This document shows positions 22,179-34,829 of a DNA stretch of 64,000 nucleotides, piece after piece; within the stretch, counting starts at the first letter, position 1; each line of letters starts with the position of its first letter. This DNA comes from Podarcis erhardii (taxonomy: Eukaryota): the NCBI GenBank assembly GCA_964252035.1, contig OZ176204.1; one strand, 5' to 3'. Under the pieces are notes generated by a model that was not told the DNA's origin, searched no databases, and was given only the letters and a program-made list of their open reading frames with translations. A program made the position numbers and the translations under genes.

Positions 22179-24819
22179 ACTTTGTGGATTTATGAATGTG
22201 TGTGCGTGTGTGTATGTACAGACACACATACACACAAAGGTAAATATCTGAAATCTAGTATGTGTCTCGTGATCAGGGACATCCTCTTGACTGTGTTACT
22301 TTTCATAAAACGAGAAGCTCAGCTGGATCACCAGTTGTCCACATAAGCTGAAAAGTCACTGGTTGCCTCTGCTAGGTATTCCCAGGCTCCTGCTGGGTTT
22401 GTTCAATACTACACAGGTCACTTGGATCAGCTCTCACAGCATATTCCTGCCAGGTGGATTCAAGAATCTGTTGCTGATGTTCTCTGTACTTTTATTTGTT
22501 AAGTACTAAAGTCAGATCAGCAGGGAGATAGGCAATGGCTTGTTTATAACACAGATCGAGCAATCTGGACTTGGATATTTCATGACAGCAGCAATAAATG
22601 TTAAGAGTTTCCCTTTTTTAAAAAACAAACAAACAGTATTTCAGATGCAACATTTTTAGAGGATTTTATTCAATGAATGAGCACTGGTGAACCTGATTCC
22701 TTTGTATCTATTGCCATCAGCCTTTGGGAAAGGGTTTCATGAAATCTTAAGATCACACAATGAAGATTGAATGAACAAAGGCAGAAAGGACATATTTCTG
22801 GTTTTGATTGTAATTTTTCACAAGGTAGCCTAGCCTCTTGGCCAATAACATTGTGTTTCAAGTGCATTTTTAGATAGTTCTTACGGAACAGGACAAGATG
22901 AATTTTTTAGGGTTGTAGCAGTGTTTTCCAGCATTTGTTTTTAATGTTTAAGAATCAAAAGATGATGATGGCCAAAAAGCCTTTGGAAAACCATGAACTC
23001 TGATAGTGCGTGTGTGTACGTGTGTCTTTCTTTCTGTCCATGGTAATTGCACAGATGCAAACATATTGATATGTATACGAAGTCAGCTCTGTAGTTGGTG
23101 TTACGTTTGTTCAAAATCTATTACTGAAGACTGTTCCTTGATCTGAAAATTAAGAAAGACTGCTGATTTGTACTCTCTCAAATGACTTTATTGCACTATA
23201 GAGCAGCTCAGTCTCAGGAATTTACTTGTTACTTTGACTATGTAAATAAAGCTTTCTGATTCTGTACCCAGCGACCCAGCGCTGCTCTTTGCTTGTGCCT
23301 TGTCACAAATTCCTTGACTTCTCTCTGGCTTAGTTCTCTCAAACAAGTCAGGTGTCAAAGTTGTGTTCAAGATGTACTGCTTCAGTTGTTAATTTTGGGT
23401 GTGTTCGGCACGTAACTGAATGCTTTTCTATGTGGAAACCATCTCTGCATGTAGAAAACTAGCTGTCAGGGGGAATTCTTGACTAGAACCCTTTCTCTCT
23501 TTCCTGACCCCATTGTTTTCAACGAGCGAAGTATGGTTCTAAGAGAATTGCACCTTATGATCTATATCTGAAGTTCAATTCTCAGCTTAAGGTCATCAGG
23601 TGATGGATATGCAGGTATGAATTAACCTTTGGATTCTTCCATCACGAGGGAAATCTGTATACAAATAAGAGAGGTATTGAGTTCAGTGGATTCTCTGAGC
23701 CCCGCAATGCATTAGTCCATGGTTATTCTGCCTGTGCAAGCCATTCTTTCCATGTTGAAAGACAGAAGGTCATTGGAGTCCTCAAACAGCATAGAAACGT
23801 GTTAAAAACAAATACAGTTCTTAGTCCCACCCCCAAAACAGTTATTTGCGAAAATAATTCAATGTAGTTAAAAAGCTAGACCGGCCCACCAAAATGAAAT
23901 ATCTCACCTCACTCTCACAGATGCCAGCTTGGTTTCACTTTTTAAAAAATAAATCAGCATGTGCTTTTAAAAAAAGCATGACTGATCCAAATAAAGATTA
24001 GAATACAATATTAGGAACCGGATGATAAAAATAAACTAGCAAGTTCAAGATTGTGCTCTTTGACAATTAAATGTGCTGCTTATGATGAACTTAGGGCTAC
24101 TGCAGTAGTCAAGTGGGTCTGGGTCTCTACCCCTAATCAAAATCTCAAGGGGCAATGAAAGGGAATGAATGTATAATATAGATACTACAGTTTGTATAGA
24201 TACTACAGTTGTGCATCTTTTGTATTGGGAAGGGTGCAGGAATGACCATAGACAAACACTTGGGTGAGGGTGGAGACAAACACTTGGAAAAGGGCTATAG
24301 AAAATTAAAGGACATATTTATGTACCAGCTGCCACCATGGTGGGAAAATTGGGAGCTAATATTATACTACTACTAAATGTGAATGGGGGCTTCCAGCTAG
24401 AGGTTTATTGTGGGATGGGTGCTCTCATGCATGCAAGTGTTTTCCATTGTGCACATAATGTTATCAAAATGGCCAATTTCCTCTTTAACTAAAAGTACCT
24501 CATACCTCGTACCTCTGTTGTCATCAGTGGTGCGGAAGCTTGTTAATGCATTATTTGGAGAGGCAGGGGGTATGGTTTGGAATGTGCGATGTTTTGGTGG
24601 GTGGACCCTATTACCACACCTCTGCTTCTGTTTACTTCTCACCTGAACACAGCCAAACCATTTAGTTTCCATCAACCCAAATGACACAAGTTTTGCTTAT
24701 TTCCACAAACTGCTGCATGCTGAAGGCATGCTGGGAATTCAGCAACCCAGTGCTGAGGAGCTATGATATTGACACATATAGGGGATTTACTTGGAGTGGT
24801 ACAGCTGTCAAGACTTTAA

Positions 24820-24822
<3 letters not shown>

Positions 24823-24862
<40 letters not shown>
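24823..24862. repeat. (AAT)n microsatellite
   Basis: Seen directly in the sequence. Confidence 0.95.
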
Positions 24863-24863
<1 letters not shown>

Positions 24864-25369
24864 ACAACTCTTCCACAGGACCTTTGCACCAGAATTATTA
24901 AAACACCAGAACTGTGGTTTAGCTAAAAATCAGCCTTGTGCAAGAACTTTGTGTTATTTTTTAAACAAAATAGCAGCAAATGGAAATAGATATTCCCCAC
25001 TCCCACCCCCAAGATAATTTGGGGCCAGTAACATTGCTCTTATGTGCTTTGTGTCAGGGCGAAATTGTTTTAACCATGCATGTGCACAGGTACAAAAAAA
25101 TACCTGCAGGCACAGCCAGAATGGGAAAACGTAGTGGAAGGTGGGGAGGTAAGGGCTGAAGTGAGTGGACAGAAAGCATAGAACAGAAATATTCCATCAT
25201 GGACCACTCACTGGTGTGAGTGGGAAGCAGCACAATACCTAAGAATAATCTAAGATGGAAAAGGGAAGTGTGTGGACAGCTGAGTACCAATCCTGAAAAA
25301 CTGGAACTGAACTATCATTTTGTGTGAGTAACGCCCTGCCTGGAAGCCCCACTCTCCAAACTCTCTTAG

Positions 25370-25460
25370 GACATGATGTAAGAAAAGCCTTCTACATGAG
25401 GTCAATAGCCCATTCAGTCCAGCATCCTGTTCTCACAGTGGCCAAGAATCTCACAGGCAG
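25370..25460 (-). mobile_element. CR1-type 3' tail fragment
   Basis: cccattcagtccagcatcctgttctcacagtggcc resembles 46430-46470. Confidence 0.6.
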
Positions 25461-26314
25461 GACCCAAACACACCCTACTTACATCCTCTTCTATCACTAT
25501 GATGCCCCATGATGGGATTGCCACCCCTCTCTCCATAACTGGTGTATGAAAAACCAAGGACACTTTTATGAAACATGGGAACTGGCGGCTCTTGACAAGT
25601 GCCCAAGTTCAGACTTCATGGAGGCCAAATAGCAGCCCATGACACAATGAGATATTCATTTAGGAGGTGGCAAATGTATTAATATTCAGTTATTAAAGAA
25701 TTTGAAGGGGGTGCGGGGAGTGAAATGTGTTCCTTTGGACTCAAACTTCAGCATCATTCATTCCCAAAGCACCCAGCAAAAGACTTAAGCCCTCCTCATA
25801 ACGCAATATTGTATGGACAGTCTATAGGTACATTCAGGCTTTTCAACTAAGCCCCGAACTCTCAGGTCTACAGCAAACATTGCAACCTCTAGAGCCTCAG
25901 CTTGTAATAACACACATTTAGCACAAGCTGTTTCCAGGGCATAAGCAAGAGGAATGATGGAGGCCAAGGCACGGCTGGTATTCTCTAGCAGAATGACTGA
26001 AGAGATGCATCGCCAGCATCTGCGGCATCTGCATTGTCTAGAATCAGGGCTGGAAACTTCTTGCTTATCATCACTGCCCTGGCCTGTCTGGTGCTCTTCA
26101 ACAAAAACAGCAGCACCCTGATCGGCTTCCTCCTAATATGCACCAAGTGAGTGGCTGCTTAATTCCTGCTCTGCATAAGACGACGGAATCATTTTACATT
26201 GGGCAGGCTGCGGTCTTCTCTACCGGGCAGCGGCAATTTGCTGCCTTTGCAAGGTGCTGTTTTTAAATTCCCTTCCTCATACCAGGACTTGTGAAGTGGG
26301 TAGAATCCAACTAA

Positions 26315-26502
26315 GGCCCCATCTGTGCTATAGATCGAAAGCAGTGTCATCCCACTTCAAAGTCATGACTTCCCCCAAAGAATCCTGGGAACTGCAGTTT
26401 GTTATGAGTGCTGATAGTTCTTAGAAGATCCCCTATTCCCTTCACAGAGCTACAATTCTCATGGTTCCCTGGGAAGAGGGATTGACTGCTAAACCACTCT
26501 GG
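26315..26502. repeat. Lizard interspersed non-autonomous element fragment
   Basis: cttcccccaaagaatcctgggaactgcagttt...cagagctacaattc...gggaagagggattgactg, recognised by pattern only. Confidence 0.45.
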
Positions 26503-28636
26503 GTTTGTGGTGACAAGGCGGCAGCCTTGGGCAAATGCTAAAGCCCTGTGGCTAAAAGTCAGACTTTGATTGACTGGATCTTCAATGGACTATTTAGAAT
26601 ACCACCCACCTTCTGCCACAAAAGTAGCAGACAAATAGAGAGACAAACAAGAGGAAATGTTCCCAGTTAAGAAATCCAAACTGAATTATCCAGTAATGGC
26701 TTACTTTCACTGAGTGAAAAAGAGTAGGAACTCTTCTCTGTGCTGGTACTTTTGGGGGTTCTTTTTTATTTTGTGAGAGGACAGCTTAGGTAAACTGGTC
26801 CCCAGTGCTAGCAACATTAAAATATATTATTTGTCCATTAATAGGCATCTCTAAGTTCTGTTCCTTTCTCCCTTTCCAGCTACTCTACCCCATTCACCCT
26901 CCCACTCAGTGGTCCATCTTTTTCCTCTCAGTCTCTACATTCTGTGCTATTGAGTCCTTACAGTACTGTTTCTGGGATCCCTGTGGCCCCCCCCCCCCAT
27001 ATTTTTTTTTTATACTTCTGCATACCTCAGGGTTCCACCTATACATCTTACTTCTGTGTGTGTTTTGCCATTTTCACTATGTAATGGCAGGCACTCTACC
27101 CCAAAGTCCAGAAATGGAATATACGGCAATATATTTTGGCAATTTACTGGCTAACAGACGCACAGCTTTCATCATATCCTGAGGGAGAATTTAACAAGCC
27201 AGTTGTGTGCTGTATGAACAAAACAAAACACCTGTTTGTGGTAACATTTGGTTTTTGTATTACACAGAATCCTTACCAGTTTCTGTCCTTTCTCTGTCCT
27301 TGGAACTTGGAACTTCTGTCCTTGGAACTTTCAACAGTCCAAGTTATCCTGTACCTCACTCTTAGCTGTCTGCAGCTGAGGCTAGCAGGCAAAGAATCTA
27401 TTGCTACCCACCCACCCATAAAAGTCTGGTGCAAAAATAAATCCTTCCCCTTGCAGGTCCAACTTCATTCCACAGGGGAAGGAGGAGGGGTTTGAAAAAA
27501 AGAACAGAATAAAAATATCCTTGGCAAAGAGAAAGATGGAAAACACATTTAAGAAGCCTTGAAACATCAAAAATATCTGTGTGCAAATAGCTCCAGGAAC
27601 ATTAAGAAAATGTGCAGATGTTTGAGTGAACTCTCACATTGGGTGGCGAATGTTGCCAAAAACGGATCTGATAGCACACAGAATAATCAGATCATCTTCT
27701 TTTCATTTGCATCTGTTAATATTGTGCTCTCAAAGGTCTTATTTATCCTCCAGTTCTACCGATGTACCCGATACAGTACTGCTCAAGTTAAGAAAATGGT
27801 TTATAAACAAGCAATCCAAAAAAAACCTGAATGGAACAGGCACTCATTGGATCTGAAAATCCCACCTAAATCAGCTCCATGATGATCCTATCTAGGATTA
27901 TTTTCTACCATTTGCATCCATTAAATGCATTGTAAATACACATGAAGCTAGTAAATGCACCATGGACCATTTCCCCTCCCTGCTTGACCACTCTCCATGG
28001 CACTGTCCCCAGAGGATGTCAATTTTAAAATAAACTGCAGGTTATGGAAGTGTAGAGATCTCTAGGTAAGTCAGTTCTACTGCTTCATAAAATTTGACAG
28101 TGCAGTACAGAATGAAGAGTCCTTCTAAAACAGCAGCTCTAACCATACAAAAATGCTCAGTACAGAAGCCTAGCACAGGCCAAAGAGTTCACAACAGCTT
28201 TTGTTTAGAGACAGCAGGGACAAGGAAACAAAGGACAAAGGGCAGGGGTGGACAGGCAGTGGCCTGGCTGGGAGGTTAGCAGGCACTGCGACAGGTCAAC
28301 TTCCTTACATCAAGAGTGCACTATAAAAGTATAGCATGATTATTTAGTCATGCTCAGTCACCACAACAAACTGATGCACATTCAGACACCTAGTAATAGG
28401 TTGCAACAAACCATTTGTTCATTTGTCAGTGGCCACAGCTGGGGGAAGTATGGCTCCGAATACCAGCTGCTGGGAATCACGTGGGAAGAGCTCAAGTCCT
28501 GTTTATGGGTTCCCCATAATGTTCTAGAGCCTAATAATGACACCCACAGATCACTCAATCCAGAACACAGGTGTAGTTCTCACTGAAGTGGTAAACCTAT
28601 GCCTGAGCCCTCCAGCCATGACTGTTGTTCTATATA

Positions 28637-28870
28637 CAGTGGTACCTCAGGTTAAGAACTTAATTAGTTCTGGAGGTCCGTTATTAACCTGAAACTGTTC
28701 TTAACCTGAAATACCAGTTTAGCTAATGGGGCCTCCTGCTGCCTCTGCTGCACAATTTCTGTTCTCATCCTGAAGCAAAGTTCTTAACCCAAGGTAATAT
28801 TTCTGGGTTAGCAGAGTCTGTAACCTGAAGCGTATGTAACCTGAAGCATATGTAACCCGAGGTACCACTG
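28637..28870. mobile_element. Tigger/pogo-like MITE
   Basis: TA|cagtggtacctcaggtta ... taacccgaggtaccactg|TA, with internal taacctgaagc repeats. Confidence 0.92.
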
Positions 28871-29951
28871 TAAAAGCTTCTATCCCCCTAGAAGCCAAGA
28901 AAACAGTCCTCAAAGCTCCCCATCTTCCCAACCACTGCCAGAAATGGATGAGGCCGAACAAAACTATCAGGAGTCAATGTTAACTATCCTTAGGATGTAT
29001 CTACACAGAGGTTTGAAAGAGAATGAGAACTAAAAGTGCACCTACCCTGCCCTCTACAGATCACAAATACCAGTTACTTATCTGCACCTTTGATAAGTCT
29101 TCACCCACACAGCAGATGGAACAATTGTACGGCCAGTATGAAGCATACAGTCAGGAGGGCATGATGCACACTTCCATTACATATATTTTTCCAAGCACCT
29201 GCCTTTCCACTTCCCACATGTAGTTTTGTGTTAATGAACTGTATCAACAGAGCAGGCAGCTCTTCTGTACATCTGCCACAGTGTACATTCCTCTGGGAAG
29301 AATGCCCAGCCTGGTTCCTTCCTACAGAATTCCACAGGCCCAGGATGCTGAAGCAGCTGCATGCTTTTCTCTTGAGTAATTCATGCCACATTATGAAGAC
29401 ATTTGTCCGAGTGCAGCTGAAGCGTGAGTAGCAACATTCATAATAGCTGGGAACATTTCTCACTCCTGATTTCTCACTTCACTTAATCAATACAGCAGGA
29501 CGTGGGTAAGCCAACAGTGACATTCCCTTCTGGGGAACTTTCCCAGATGTGGTGGATGGGTCTGGAACCAGAAGTAGGCAATGAATGTGGTTTTTAGCTT
29601 TGAACAGTAGGCTAGTTTTACCTACATTCACAATTCCCCCATCCAGGTAAGCGAGACAAGAAACCTTATCAGGGTTCAAGGGCACATTCAAGCCAGGCAA
29701 AAACACCCAATGATGGTATGGCTTGAGAGGGTGGCTGTCCAGGGAAGAGTCCAAAGGGGTGGACAGAGAGGCCCAGAGGGCCACATTTCACCCCAACACT
29801 TGAGGTTCCCCATCCCTGCAATAGAGAAATGAAGGTCATATATATGCTGTAGGCTAGAATCTCTGAGGCTCTGGTCTTCCATTCTCATGGCCTTCAGTGT
29901 CTGAGAAGGTGCTGATTTTGCCACACATCAGGCTCAGTAAGGAAAATGTAA

Positions 29952-30040
29952 TGCAGCCCTAAACACATTTACTGATAAAGTAAGTTCCATGGAGTTAAAT
30001 GGTACCTACTGCCAAGGAAGTGTACACAGGAGTACAGCTT
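29952..30040. repeat. Degenerate squamate palindromic repeat
   Basis: gcagccctaaacacatttact...gtaagttccatggagttaaatggtacctact...gtgtacacagga. Confidence 0.45.
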
Positions 30041-31059
30041 TGAGTGCCATCCATGATGAGTGCTATCATCAATAAAGAGATATAAAAGTCTTGTTCTCGG
30101 TTAGAGCATCCCACTTCTGATTGCAGAGCTGGCCTCATAACTGACAGCTCCACACCAAAAGTTCCTGGACAGAGAAAACCAATGTCAGTAGGAGAAGGAT
30201 TCTAGTCTTAGTTTTCCCTTCAGCTGCTTTTCTGTACGTAGAGATTATTTTCCTAATGGAGCAACAGTCAGTCACTGGAACCTCACCAGATGTGCCTAAA
30301 CACAAGTTTACTACCTCAAGTTAGACAAGTGTGACAATGCCAAGAATCTGACTAAAATGGTCCGAAATGGACAATGGTCTTTCAATTTGCTGCTAACTTT
30401 AACCAAAATTTTTCTGTTCTCCCTTTCCCAATCCACGAAGACTTGCACGCTGCAGCAGCAGAAGGCATAGTCATTTGGCTCCGAAATTAGGAAACCCAAC
30501 ACCAGCTCTTTCGTCTTGGCGTCCAGCCACCAGAAGATAGTTCTCAGTGTGTCAGGCTATTCTTAGAAGAGTTAAACAATGTGATTAGACAGCGGCAGTC
30601 TGGTCGTGGGAGCCTGTGTTTCCTCCAAGACAATGAAAGTGAACACAAACGTGTGTGTTTCTCGGGATGAAGGTGAACAGAACTCATGACATTCCCAGAA
30701 TGGCATGTGCGCAAAACACTATAGAGGAAACCTTCTTCAGAAGTGCTGGGCACGGACTTTACTCTGGGAATTGTGGTTGCATGCCAAACACTTTCCCCCC
30801 TTTAAAAAAATCTCAACTATCACTTGGACAGGCTTTGAAGCAGTCCCTCCCTTGCATAAGAAAGTGCTACTCTTAAGGATACAAAAGGTGGACATAATAT
30901 AAAAAGAAAACCCAGGGTGGATTCCTAAGCCCAGCTTTGTAACTGAGATGACAGGTGTGCATGCCAGTGAATGAAACGCTGGCTCAGGCACCTGTGCTGC
31001 CCCACCTCCTATACTTCAGGCAGACTCTGAGCCCCTTAAATAAAATGTTTTAACGAAAA

Positions 31060-31170
31060 CAAAAATGGGCGACCAGTGGCACTCTAGGTGTTGTTGGGCT
31101 ACAACTCCCTTTGTCTCTGACTAATGGCCAAGCTGGCAGGGGTTTATGGGAATTGGAGTCTGGCGACAAG
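31060..31170. mobile_element. Degenerate hAT MITE of the ctacaactcccatcatccc family
   Basis: gggctacaactccc...ggccaagctggcagggg...gggaattggagtc resembles 14851-15136. Confidence 0.55.
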
Positions 31171-31492
31171 GTCCTTTCCTGCACTACTGGATGCTACCAT
31201 TTCAGCTCTTGAACTTGAACAAAGCAGCTCCTCTGCTTTACACGTGTCCTTCACTCCGAGGACAATGCCTGCATGGGCAACTGAACTCAGAGAAACCACA
31301 AGAATGGAAGGCAATCTAAAAATGCAACCTCCCCATTCTCTGGTTAAGAATTGGGTCACTTCTGCACTGATTTCTTAGGAAAGTGACCTAGAGACAAAGT
31401 GACCTCCCTTTGTGGGCTTTCTTCCAGGAAACAGAAAAACACCAGCCAGCACAGGAAGCAGGTCCCAGGCCAAGTGGTATGTGGCACAGATG

Positions 31493-31498
31493 TTTATT
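31493..31498 (-). terminator. LHPP: Candidate LHPP polyadenylation signal
   Basis: First AATAAA I found on the - strand after the stop codon, about 315 nt downstream. Confidence 0.6.
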
Positions 31499-31813
31499 CA
31501 GTGATAGGACATGGTTAGACGTACCCAAAACAGTTACGATACAAAAGATTCAGAAGGGTGGCTGCTATAAGGATGCACTAGACTTCATGACTTTTCGCTG
31601 TAGTCAGTATTTCACTGTAGGTACTTGCAAAGACAAGTTAGAAAAACTAGACTTTTGAGGCATGTATGTAGTGCTCCTCACTGCAACACAATTACTGCAT
31701 TTAAAAACTACGTGAATATATGTAAATGAGCTGAGCAGAGATGTGCACAAAAGGTCACAGACCTCAAGTTAAGTCACCCCTCTTTATGCCTTCAGTCACT
31801 CCTTGAAGCTCCA

Positions 31814-31910
31814 TTACTTATGCAGTTGTTTTAGAATCACATCCACAGCTTCTGCAAGGTTGTTCACATAACCATCAGCCTTCACTTCTGGGTGGTGCTC
31901 ATCACAAGGC
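31814..31910 (-). CDS. LHPP: LHPP (phospholysine phosphohistidine inorganic pyrophosphate phosphatase), last coding exon, phase 2, 97 nt
   Basis: Acceptor tctgtcttttgtctcttccccag|G, then PCDEHHPEVKADGYVNNLAEAVDVILKQLHK*. This matches the human LHPP C-terminus as I recall it (RPSDEHHPEVKADGYVDNLAEAVDLLLQHADK) and its 97-nt terminal coding exon. The exon is too short to appear in the ORF track. Confidence 0.95.
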
Positions 31911-32149
31911 CTGGGGAAGAGACAAAAGACAGAATGAATGGATGATGTCTTTCAACCAGGTGCATATACATAAATGGTGAGCAACACAGTCTGAGGATTT
32001 GTGAATCAGATTCCCCAGGGCTTTTAAAGCCATCGGTAATTCAGCCCCCAGTTCACTATGAGTTGGTGTCTATGCAACTTTATATAAACAGAATTCCATG
32101 TCATTAAACAAGGATGAATAAAAGGTTTGGAGATCTTCCAGCTCTGAAG

Positions 32150-32260
32150 TGGGGAATCTGTGACCCACAATTGGACTCCAATTCCCATCAGCTCTAGCCA
32201 GCTTGGCCAATGGTCAGGGATGATGAGAGCCCAACAATATCTGAAGACCACAAGTTAGAC
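32150..32260. mobile_element. Degenerate hAT MITE of the same family
   Basis: gtggggaatctgtg...ggactccaattcccatcagc...ggccaatggtcagggatgatg. Confidence 0.6.
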
Positions 32261-33777
32261 CATTTCAATAATGAACATCCCTGTATTTAATGAATACAAA
32301 GAAGGGGACATAATATTTATGTAGCAAATACAACCTTCATTTGCAGTTTAGTTTAGATGACTTGTTTCTGGGTCTACAACAAAGTTTGTTTAATCCCGTT
32401 TAGTTGTAGCATCTTGGACTAAGGGCCAGATCTCTCATTACTGTTCCTTATTTTTTTGCTGATTCACACGCCTCTGTATCTCTTTCCCCAGATATCAGAT
32501 GTATATTTTGGCTGTGGTGTCTGCAGCAAGAGTATTGGGCCTCATCCAAGATGGGAATTAGAGCTGGATGCATGTCCAGGGACACTGACTGGGTCCTGTG
32601 GGGATGTCAGGGACAGTCATGAGAACACAGTCGTGCAAATAGCTTTAGTCGTTCTCCAACTCCTCTTTTCAACCGTGTAAATGGCACAACTATATTTATT
32701 GAAGGGTATTTCCTCAATCTGTGAACAAATGTTTGCCAGAGGATGTGTGCAGGTTACAGCACCCACTTGTAATACGTGTCAGAACATGAAATATATTTCA
32801 GTTCCTGAGGTGAGAACTCCTAAGGCCTTGTTCCTCTGATCATATTTCTGAAGTCCTCTTACTTTATTGAGAGAATTAAATTCCTTACAAAGCCCCTGAG
32901 GACTATCCTTCATTGGTAATCTATAAAAATACCAGCCCACAAGATTAGAAATGCTGATATCAAGCTTTGCAGAAGAAGAAAAAAATGGAATGTTCCAAAG
33001 AGGATTGTTTTTTGTGTGTTTGCCAAGGAAAGATGAAGCTACATGAAGAAGTCTCCATCTTTTCTTCACTGCATTATAATGCCTGAGGTAAAAATTAGAG
33101 CCTTGTTGCCTAATTTCTCTCTGTGCTACGATCAGCCATGTATCTGTGCATTTAACAGCTTATGGGAAGCAGGGACTCAGGTAATACCACAGCAGAATCA
33201 TTTGAGAAGAGGAATTCTCATTCTTCATATATTATGGAAGTTGCTGCAGCAGCATTGCTTGAGTTCCCACCTCACACAAGTAGACCGCTCAGATGGTCTG
33301 GTCAAAATAAATAAAACCAGGGCTTCAAAACATTTAGGGTATCCTTCATAGATACAAGACCACAAGTCTGCTGTATTCAGTTGCCTCCCAACTTGTGGAA
33401 GATGAAAAAAATGGGCATGGGTGGGGTAGGGTTATTGCACTTGCCCTCAATGACTTCTTTCATGTTGCAACTTCTCTCTTTTGTAATGCCTGAAGAGGGC
33501 TTATGTGGCACCCTAATTTTGTAATGTTTTGCAGTTTCAGGGGCTCCAGCTCTTATCCCATTAGCTCTACTGAACACAAAGTCTTCCTTGCTCCATACCG
33601 TGTAAAGAAACATAGATTTTATGATTTCTGTATGTACAATTTTGTAATAGGAATATATTTTTTAATAGAAAGAAAAGAAACACAGATGTGTAGATGCCCC
33701 CTCTACAAAATGGAAACACACACATATGCGGACACTTTGTGTGTGCATCAGACACACATAGGGTTCTATGTTTAGAT

Positions 33778-33901
33778 CAGAGATGGGGAACGTGCTGTCG
33801 GACTCCAACTCCCATCAGCCCCAGCCAGCAAAGATAATGGCCTGGCACTATGGGAGTGATAGGCAAACAACATCTGGAGGCTTATAGGTTCCCCATCCTA
33901 C
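33778..33901. mobile_element. hAT MITE
   Basis: cagagatggggaac ... gttccccatcctac, flanked by an 8-bp TSD gtttagat. Confidence 0.8.
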
Positions 33902-34530
33902 GTTTAGATGGAGAATGTGACTCACCATGGTGTCCCTCTGTCTTAACAGCAGTAATTTCACAGTTGGGATGTTGTAGCAAATAGTCATAACCTAATACCT
34001 TTTAACCTTGAGCTCAGAAAATTTTATTATTGTTGATACATAGGCCCATCTGGTAATCTGTTGTTTGTTTTGCAGTTTCCTTTGTAGAGCTCGAAAATAA
34101 AGTCCAGTGTGCAAAGGAATGTGTTTTCTTTCCTTTTTCTGCACATCAGGGTTTAGTGAGCTGCCAGAACCTCACCAGCAAATGACAAGAACAAATGGTT
34201 CCCATGCCAACTGATTTTTTTTTAAAAAATAAATAATTCAATGGGAAGAAAATTGTTGCTGCCATATTGAAACATTTGTTTTCGTTCACAGCGTGAGACA
34301 AATTCAAAGACATGGCTGTTTTATTTTGAATACCTTTCAGATTAAATCCCCAACACCATATTTCTTTACCAAAGTCATTTTTATGCTACATACAAGCTAC
34401 GCACCAAAGCCTTCTGATGTGGAAACTTGGTAGACCAGCAAATTCAAATATACGAATGGAAGAAAACATTACCCTTAAGCTGGATAATTGAAGTTGCAAG
34501 CGGGCTTCAAGCGCATAAATTGGTGAAGTA

Positions 34531-34829
34531 CAGGAAGAGTGGGGAACCTCCAGATATTGTTGGACTCCAGGTGCCCCAGCCAGCATGCCCAATGGGCAGC
34601 GGCGTAGCGTGGGTTGTCAGCACCCGGGGCAAGGCAAGTAATTTGTGCCCCCTAACCCGTGGATTTTAGTAGGGGCAGAGAGCTGCGAGTGCGAGCACGC
34701 CCCCCAGATGTTGCGCCCGGTGCGGCCAGCCCCCCCTGCACCCCCCACGCTACGCCACTGCCAATGGGTCAGGGATGATGGGAGTTGGAATTCAGCAGCA
34801 TCTGGAAGGCAACCAGTTCCCCATCCCTG
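34531..34829. mobile_element. hAT MITE (host) interrupted by a second MITE
   Basis: caggaagagtggggaacct ... gttccccatccctg. The body becomes contiguous once 34597-34768 is removed. Confidence 0.8.
34597..34760. mobile_element. GC-rich hAT MITE (nested)
   Basis: TIR cagcggcgtagcgtggg / cccacgctacgccactg (16/17), with a perfect 8-bp TSD ccaatggg. Confidence 0.93.

Larger units (their letters stand above)
16420..22195 (+). other. FAM53B: Probable long FAM53B 3'UTR (end uncertain)
   Basis: Follows the stop codon. The best-structured polyA site is at 22173; weaker AATAAA hexamers occur at 17425, 20414 and 21900. Confidence 0.5.
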
